Shown: positions 52,497 through 61,400 of the stretch, in pieces
Numbering within the stretch: position 1 is the stretch's first letter
How the letters are laid out: every line of letters begins with the position of its first letter
Origin: Elusimicrobiota bacterium
GTDB taxonomy: Bacteria > Elusimicrobiota > Elusimicrobia > Elusimicrobiales > UBA9959
Length of the DNA: 64,000 bases
Assembly (NCBI GenBank): GCA_003482905.1
Contig: DMXM01000003.1
Location: forward strand, 5,285 to 69,284
Reading direction: 5' to 3'
Notes under the pieces: generated by a model
The model's input: the letters and a program-made list of their open reading frames with translations, nothing else
Told to the model about the DNA's origin: nothing
Databases searched by the model: none
Position numbers and translations under genes: made by a program

Positions 52497-55400
52497 CTAG
52501 TGTATAACGCCCACCTTGCGCATTATCACCTTGCTGCCCTTGGGGCTGGCCGCTTTCACCCTCACTATATAGCCGCCCTTGGAAACATAGCCGCCCAGGC
52601 CGTTGCGGCCGTCCCAGATTACGAAATTCGGGCCCAGCTTGCCGCCATCGGCGCCGCTGGTGAACTTGAATTCCCTCACCACATAGCCCAGCAGGTCGTA
52701 AAGGGTTATGGTCACCTCGGCGTTATCGTTAAGCGTATAATTAATGACCGTCCTCCCCTCAACGCCGCCTTTGCGCAGGTCCACCGGGTTAGGGTAGTTG
52801 GACACCTTACTGAGCAGCTCCGCGCCTATGGTGGTGCCGGCCGGGGTGGAAACCGCGGACCATTCGGAATGCAGGCCGGCAAAGTTCCAGCTGCGCACGC
52901 GGTAGGTATAGTACTTGCCGAAAGGCCTGGGGGTCTCGCCGGGGCTCACGGGGTCGCCTATGGTATAGATGTTGTTTATGGCGCCGCCGGTCTTAAAGCC
53001 GGGGATGGCGGCCACCGTATGCCAGACGGGGTTGGTGCCCTCGCGCTCCTGGATCTCGTAGGACATCACGTTGGATTCGCCGTCGGCGGAAGAATCCCAT
53101 TTAAGCGTATAGGCCTGGCCCGAAGACACGCCCTTGGCCACCTGCGGCTCCGGCGCGCCCGGCGTAGTGGGATAGGTGGTGTCTATGCGGTAGATCATTA
53201 TCGGCACGCCGCTCTCGCTCGGGATATAGCGCCCGTCGGCCATAATACCGCGCACGCTCAGCACGTAGCCGCGGTCGGACACGGTCTCGCCCCAGGCCGT
53301 ATGCGGCCCGCGGAAGGAGCCCTGCGCGCCGCGCTCGTTGATCTTAAATGTGGTCCCGTCTATCTTGGTCACCACCATTATCTCGTTGCCCACGTACACC
53401 ACGCCCTCCGCGGCGAAGCCCTCGGCCGAGACCACCGAGAACGAGGAGGTGTTGACGTCGATGCGGCTGGTCAGGTGCGTGAAATGGCCGGGCGAGAGCG
53501 CCACATTGGTGACCTTCCCCGCCAGGGCCGAGCCGGCCGACTGCCAGGTGTTCTTAATGCCGGTCGGGTCGGCAAAGCTGCCTCCGAGCGAGAGTTCGTA
53601 ACCGGTCACCAGCCCCGACGAGGGGTTCCACATGGCGGGAAGCTCCGTGGTCTTGGACGCCCAGACGGAGGGCACGGCCCCGAGCTCCGAAACGGCCAGC
53701 AGCAGCTTAACGTTCTGTACGTTGTCGCCGATGAAGTAAAGCGGCTTGCCCGTGCCGTCGTTTATGATCCTGTCCGGCACGTAGTCGATATTGGACTCGA
53801 AGTCGAGGAGGCGGTCCCCGTCGATATCGAAAGTGGGGATGCCGGAATTATTCAGGCTGATATTGTTGCACTTGCCCGATCCGTAATAATCGAAGTTGTC
53901 CGGGATATTGTCCCCGTTGATGTCTATCAGCGGCTCGTCGGCGCGGCAGCCGGAGGCCGTATAATTGGTCCGCCAGCGGCTGGTGTCCGCCAGCGGCAGA
54001 TTGCCGGCCCCCATCACCACGTTCCCGCTGGAATCCAGCAGCGCGTAGGCGGGATAACCGTTGGAGGCCAGCATCACCGGGCTGTAAACGGGCGTCAGCG
54101 GGATGATCGCCGGCGAGATCAGTATCTGGTTTGAATCCATCGGGTACGTGTCGGCGTAATGCTGGCCGGCGGCCAGCGGCATGCCGCCGACGCCGCGCAG
54201 GTCCGTAAAGGCGCCCAGCGTAAGACCCGCCAGGTGCCCCATGATGTCCGCACCCGAAAGGTCCGCGGCCGAGCTGATATCGCAGGCGAGGTGCAGGATC
54301 GTAGGCGCGGTGGAGATCATCATGTACGGCAGATTGCCGTCGGTAATGGAGATGAAGACACCGTCAACGAACGGGTTGGTGGCCGAGTGCAGGGTGAAGC
54401 CCAGGCGCTTGTCTCCCACCGGGCTGAAGGCCCCATCGCCGTCGTCCTTCCACAGGGCCACTCCGGCCAGGTCTCCGTCGCCGAAACCGACGGTGGTGCT
54501 GCTGATGCTGCCCGACTGCTGAAATTTGATCTGGCCGAGCATTACATAGTCCGCCAGGGTGGCCATGGTGAAGGTCATCATGGGCACGTTGCGCGTGTTC
54601 TTCTCGGCCGATTTCGGGGCGATATTGACGCTTTTCACCGTAACGTTCACGGCTTTCACCGGGACAAGGCTCGAACTGAACGGATAGATATCCACGTACG
54701 TACCCCTCGGCAGCGCCTTGCTTATGCCGACAAAGACGTTTGGCGAGATGTCGTGCGGGGCATTTACAACTATCCAGGACTTGTCGCGTATCATCAGGCC
54801 GACCTTATTGGCCTTTATGGCCATTTCGCCGAGGTCGTACACCGCGAAATACGTCTGCGGCAGCGGGCTAAGGGTCTGGCTCTGCGACAGCTGGATATGC
54901 GTCTGCGTGTTCAGCGGGTTCTCCTGGTCGAAGACATCCACCTTGCGCACCGCTACGCGGGCGGCATGGGTGACCACCGGCGTATTGAAGTCCCCCAGCT
55001 TCTCCCCCCTCGAAAACACCCTCAGGTACGGCTTGCCGGTGCCGGCGTCCACGCCGGAGCCGGAGTAGGAGGCCAGCTCGGCTTCACCGATATATATGCG
55101 GCCCTCGGCCGGGAAACCGGTCGTGGAGGCCAGCACCAGGTTGAACGGCAGCGTATCCGTGGAGGTGAACGGTATGGCCAGTGTCGACCTGGCCTCGGAA
55201 ATATTCGTATCGTTCACGTCCAGCATGTCGTTCTGGTTGGAGTCCTGGTAGATCCTTATGAACTTGACGTCGCCGTTCTTGCCGAACGGGGCGGCCGGGT
55301 CGTTGGAAGCGCCGGTGCGCTGCACCTTTATGGCGCTCCAGCGAGCGTTGCCCGCTTCGGTAATAAGGTTAAACCGGATCATCGGCGCGTTGATCTGGGC

Positions 55401-58400
55401 CTGGTTGACGCCGCCGGCCAGCACCAGGTCGCCGGCCACGTCGTTGCCGCCCATCACCACGTTGGACGGGATCTCCCGCACCAGCATGGGCATAGTGTTG
55501 ATAGGCGAGGTGGTAAGCGTGATGACGTTGGGAATGCCTATGGTGAAGTTCGCGGCCGAGGAGATGGAGAGGGCGGCCGTGCTGCCTATGATGGCGAACT
55601 GTGACATATCGTAGCTGATAAAGGCACAGGCCGTGTTGGTAGTTACGATTATAGGGGATTTCAGCGCTATATTGACGGTGCTGGACGAATAAGACTCGTT
55701 GCCGTAGCTGGCCAGGTACGGGTACGCGCCGGCGGAGTTGCTGGCGGTATCCACGGAGTCCAGGATACAGTTGTCGTTGGAGTCTTTCCAGACCTTTATC
55801 AGGTCTATATCCGAGTCGTTGGATGTCCCGCGGCGGCTCAGCCTTATAGCCTCCACGCGGGCCGAGGTCTTGTCCGTTACCAGGCGCATGGCCAGTACGC
55901 CCACGTTCTTATCGTTCTGCGTCACGCTCACCGGCGAGATATCCTCGGGTGTCATGGTGACATTGTTCATCGTCGGAAGCAGCGTGTTCATCTGGCTGAC
56001 CACCGGCGACAGGAACTGGGCGACATGGCCGGAATTTTCCGGGCCGAACAGGAAATTGGTCTCGAACGGCACCTCTATCCCCAAGACGTCGTTCTGGGGG
56101 CTCAGCAGAACATTGGAGAACCTGGACGTCTTGTCTATATCCACGGAAACGAAGATGACCGTGGGGGTTGACCTTATGACCACGTAATCCTGGTTATTCA
56201 GCTCCGGGTCCTTAACAGCTATGGTGGCCTTGCCCACCGGGTCGTTGACGCCGAAGCGGCCGGTGCCGATGAGGGTGTCCGAGGTGTTCAGGCCTGTGGC
56301 GGCGTCGCGGTCGAACACGCCGTTGCCGTTGTCTTTCCAGACCTTTATCACCTCCGCGTCTTCGTCGTAGCCGGCCAGGCCGGCCGGCTGCTTGCGGGAC
56401 AGCCTGACCCCCTGCCAGCGCACGCCGTAGCCCGACGTGGTCAGGGCCATCCGCATTACCGGGTAATTGAGCCAGCCCTGGTATACCATGCCGCCGATAA
56501 CGCTGTTGTTGGCGTGGTTGACCACCGGGGTATTGAAGGCCCCGCGGGTGACCGCGGTCAGGGCCCCGGCGGCGGTGCCGGCGTAACTTATTATTTCGTT
56601 GTCCACCACCGCGTAGCCCGAAGCGGGAATGCCCGCCGTGGAGGTCACCAGCCAGGCGGCGTCCACGGGACCCGGGCTGGCGACGTCCTGCGCCAGGCGC
56701 AGGGAAGGCGCGGAGCCGGCATTGTCCGGCGAGAAGATAGAAGCGGCCAGCACGGTCACGGTACTGGGGCTGGAGACGATCTCGCGGACCTTGGAAACAT
56801 AGGTCAGATTGGAATTAGCCGCGGAGAAGTAATTCGGCAGCGAGAGGGAGTTCTTGGCCGGATCGTCCGTAGCGGGGCTGTTCTGCGGCAGCGAATCCGC
56901 CTTAAGATAGGCGCCCAGGTAGCGCGGGTTGCCCAGCGGATCGTTAGGCATGGCCGAGGCGCGTATATCGTAGGTCAGGAAATAACGCGGGGACATGGAA
57001 TTATTGAGCGCCTCCAGGTCCGTGACCACGCGCCGCTCGGAGGCAAAATCCACCCGCGCGGTCAGGGGGCCGTAGATGGTATTGCCGAATGTGCCGGACC
57101 CGACCATAACGTCGGAGGCGCCGAGGAAGCCGTTATTGTCCGCGTCGTGCCAGACCTTGACCGCGGAGACGTCGTTTATGGCCGTGCCGTCCTGCATGAC
57201 CGTGCCGGTGGCGTAAACCATCATCCAGCGCCACATGGCGTCTGCCACGCTGGTCTTGATCGTGAAAACCATGACCGGCTGATTCTGCGCCTGCTGCTGC
57301 AGCGTCGGCCCAAGTACGGTATCGGTGGCCTTCACTACGACCTCGTCGGCGTACTCGCGCACCTTTCCCACCAGCGAGAGGGTCTTGCCGGGGGCGGTGA
57401 CGCCCACATTAACCGTGCTCATATGCTTCGGCGAGGTTATCATGAAGTAATCCGTGCTGCGCAGGGCCACGCCGATATATGAGAAGTTGGAGACATTGGC
57501 CAGCGGGTCGATGTCGTAGGCCACGAAGTAGTCCTTGGGCACGTTGTAAATAACCTGCCCGTCCAGCGCGCCGCCCGTTCCTATCATGGGCAGGACGGCC
57601 TGGCCGGAAACTACCGTGCCTGTGGACCAGTCCGCTATCGCGGTGGCCTCGGCGCCGCGGGTAAGCCCGCCGAAAGCGTTGGAAAGGACGTCCACGCTGG
57701 AATAATATATGACCTCTTTCAGGGACGGGTCGGCCTGGCCGTCGTTCATGATAAGACGGCCCGGCGCCATGGGGAAGGGGCTGTCGGCCGGGAAGAATTT
57801 TTGGATGTCGTAAACACGAAGCACCGTGTCTGTGGCCAGCAGCGGGGCCTTCAGCGTATCGTACGGGAAGGTGCGGACACTGGGGGCTATCAGCAGCACC
57901 TCGGTATCCTTCACCGTGCCGGTGGTCTCCAGCAGGCCGTCAAGGGTGGAGTCGTACCAGATGCTGATCTTCTTGACGTCCGTAACCTTGTTCCAGGCCG
58001 GGGTATTACCGTTCTCCGCCCCGGTCACCCAGCGGTCCAGCTTTAGGCCGCTCCAGATGGCCGACCCCTGAGAGCCGTTTATCTGCATCGTCAGCCTGAC
58101 TACGGCCTTATCCTTGTCGTTCTGGGTAACAAAAGAGGGCTTGGCGAAGTCGTTGGGCTGGGACTTGTTGACGTCCGCCAGGTAAACGATATCGGCCGTG
58201 GCGTAAAGCGGTATCGTGGAGGAAACTACCGGCTGGAAAGCCCCTACCCAGCCGTCGATCAGGTTGACGCCGGAGTTCTCAAGGCGGGCGCCGTGGGTCA
58301 TATTGGGCACGGAGTCCGGCCCGAACTCGTAGACTACGTAATAGGTGCGGGTGCTGATCGAAATGGCGCCGTCCAGGCCGGGGTTTATCAGCGGCAGGAC

Positions 58401-61400
58401 GAACGTGTCCGGGTCCTGGATATCGTAGGACGGCGGGTTCACCGGGTCCGTGACCTCCTTGTCTATACTGGGGGCGAAGATGCCGTCGCCCAGCGTCGGG
58501 TCGCCGCCGGAGGAGTCCAGGAACAGGCGCACGCTCTTCAAGTCGGCGCCGGAGCCCGTGCCCGTCTTTATGATCTTGAACGCCTTCAGCACGCCGGTAA
58601 AATTCTCGGTCCAGGCCTTTATCTCCAGGAAGCCGACGCGGCCCTGGCCCTGCTCCACGTAGGTGTACTGGCCCAGGGTCAGCGTGGTGGTGCCGACGGA
58701 GGGCTGCCACCAGGCCGCGATATCGTTGCCCTTTATCATTATGGTGGCCGGCTGGTTGCGCACCGGGCTGGTGGCGGTGGCGATGGGGAAGTTGTTATAG
58801 GCCACGCCCACAAAAGTGGAGTCCAGCACCACGTACGACGGGTTCTCCATCACCAGGGAGAAGCTGCGCGGCGTGGCGGCGACGGTGGACATGCGCACCG
58901 TAAAGAAGAAGTTGCGCGGCGTATTGGAGACCAGGGCGGCGGTGGATACCTTGGCTTGCAGGTCGTTAAAGTGCCAGGCCATCAGGCCGGGGTCGTAGGT
59001 GCCGCTGGACATAAAGATATCAACGGGCGCGCCGCCCAGGGAAGTTTCGCCGTCAAAAGCGCCGGTCTGGCCGAAAGTCGGGTTATCGGCGTACATGCCC
59101 ACTTCCACGATATCGGCCCAGTTCAGGGTGCCGGAGCTCTTGACCTGCACCGATTTCAGGTAGGCCGTCGGCGTCCCCACCGGCTCGGTCTGCATGGTCA
59201 GGCGCAGCATAGGCACGGGGGCCGGCACTACGGCAATGACCCCGTCGCCCTGGTAGATGGCGTTCTTATTTATGCCGTTGTTGGTCTTGGCGACCGGCAG
59301 GGGGTCTTCCGGAGACATATCCAGGGGCGTGATCCTCAACCCCGACAGGACGACGTCGGGGCTGGAAGCCGCCGGCATGCCGCGGGCGCCGTCGCCGGTG
59401 TAGCCGTAAATGCCCGGGATGTGATAGTCGGTAACGCTGACCTTCAAAGTCTCTACAATGGTATCCTGCAGCAGCAGCTGGCGCTCGCCGTGGTCGGCGG
59501 GCACAAAAACATAGTCGGTGGTGTTGGCCAGCCAGTCGCGCAGATCGGCGGTCCCCTTGGAATTGGTGGCCATTTTTATCTTGCTGACATAGTAATTGCC
59601 GTTCACGGGGTCGCCGGCCGCCACGTTGCCGAACTGGTCGCGGGCGCGCAGTGTGACGTTGCCGGGGGTCTGTACCCGCAGCGGGCTGGCCAGGCTGTAA
59701 CCGTGGTGCAGCGTGAAGTAGGCCGCCGCGCCGGGGGTGATATATGTTTCCTGGTTTATCTGCGGCAGGACGACGCCGTCCGCCGGTATGGAGGCGTCGG
59801 CGGTAAGGGCGGCGGTACCGACGATAGTGTCCCAGATATATACATTCGCGTAGCTCTGACCGGGGAAGATGGGGACGTCCAGCGGGTTGGTCTTGAGCAG
59901 TTTCCAGTTGGGATTGGAGGCCAGCACGGCCTCGGACGGGTCTATACCGCCGTACATGCTGTTGCGCACGGCGGTGAAGCGCACGGTGGCCGCGGAGGAG
60001 GTGCTGGTAGCGTTCCCGTAGCGGTCTTTCAGCACCACGCTCACCACGGTGGGCGTGGTGAGGTTCAGCGCGAAGTCGGCGTATTGCAGCGTGGTTCCAG
60101 CCACCAGGCGCCGGGACGGCGTGTGGAACACCACATGGTCCGGGGGTGCCGGCACCACGGTATAGGAGGAGATGGCCGGCAGCCAGCCCTTGGAATTTAC
60201 CGTATTTATTGTGAGCTGGTGCGTCGGGTTGGACAACAGCGTGTCTATCAGGTAGAAACTGGTGGCGGACTCGCCCAGCGCCAGCTTGGCGTAACCGGGC
60301 TGGGCCGTAAAGCTGGAAACCGACGGGGCGGAGAACCGCACGTCGCCGGTGGAGCCGGACTCCAGCTTGAACAGAACGCCGGCGCCTATCGCGTCTTCCT
60401 GGCCGGAGGCGATGGGGGTCGGGTTGCCGTAGCGGTCCTCTATGGCCATGGCGAACATCTGCGAGGTGGTCCCCGCCATCACGGTTTGGCCGGCGTTAAG
60501 GCTGACGTTCACGCGGTAAGTGAAGTCCGGCAGCACGTGCACGGGCTGGGTGGAGGCGGACCAGGCCGGCCGGTCCGGAGCCGCTATCTTTATCACCGGC
60601 CGCAGCGGTATGGTGGAGCCGTAAACGGCGGAGGCCGTGGTGTCCAGGTAGTAGAACGTGGCAAAGTAGGCATCCAGCGGTATATCCAGGAAAGTGGCCG
60701 TGGAGGCGAAGACAGGCGGGAAAGCGGCGGCCAGGGAACTGGAAGCCGAGAAAGAGAAAGCGTCGTTGACCTGCGAGGGCTGGCGGGTGAACGTGGAAAG
60801 GACGACCCGCACCGTAGCCGTGGCCAGGGACGGGTTGTCGAACATATCGCGCAATTCCGCCTCGAAATTCCGGACCAGGCCGAAGCTGTCGGTTATCCTG
60901 CCGGCCACCAGGGAGACCGGCTGGTTGCCGAAAGAAACCTTGGCTATATCCACCGGGTTCAGGCGCAGCGGGTGTATGGCCGGCTGCATGGAGCCGCTGC
61001 GGGCCTCAATCTGCCAGTAGCCGGGCCTGCCGCCCTCCCCGGTGTTCAGCGCCGGCGAGAGGCCGGAATAGGACGACGTCCTGTCATGGTAACGGAAGGA
61101 GATCTGCGTCTGGTTAGGCGGAATGCTGACGGTCTGGACGAACTGCGTGTTACCCTGGTCGCGGTAGCCGTAGTCGCCTAAAGTGCCGAAAGTACCCAGC
61201 GTACGGCCCAAAGCCGTGTGAATGGTTCCCTGGGCCGACGGCAGGCCGAGGAAAACGTCGGTCTGGCCTTCCCTGGTCAGGTTGTCGAAGTCGTCGCGGC
61301 GCTCCACCGTGAAGAACGCGCCGGCGCCGGCCACTTCCTGTATGCCGGCCGCCGCCGCCGCCTGGCTGGAAACGAAGAGCAGCTTGGAGGGCACGCCGCC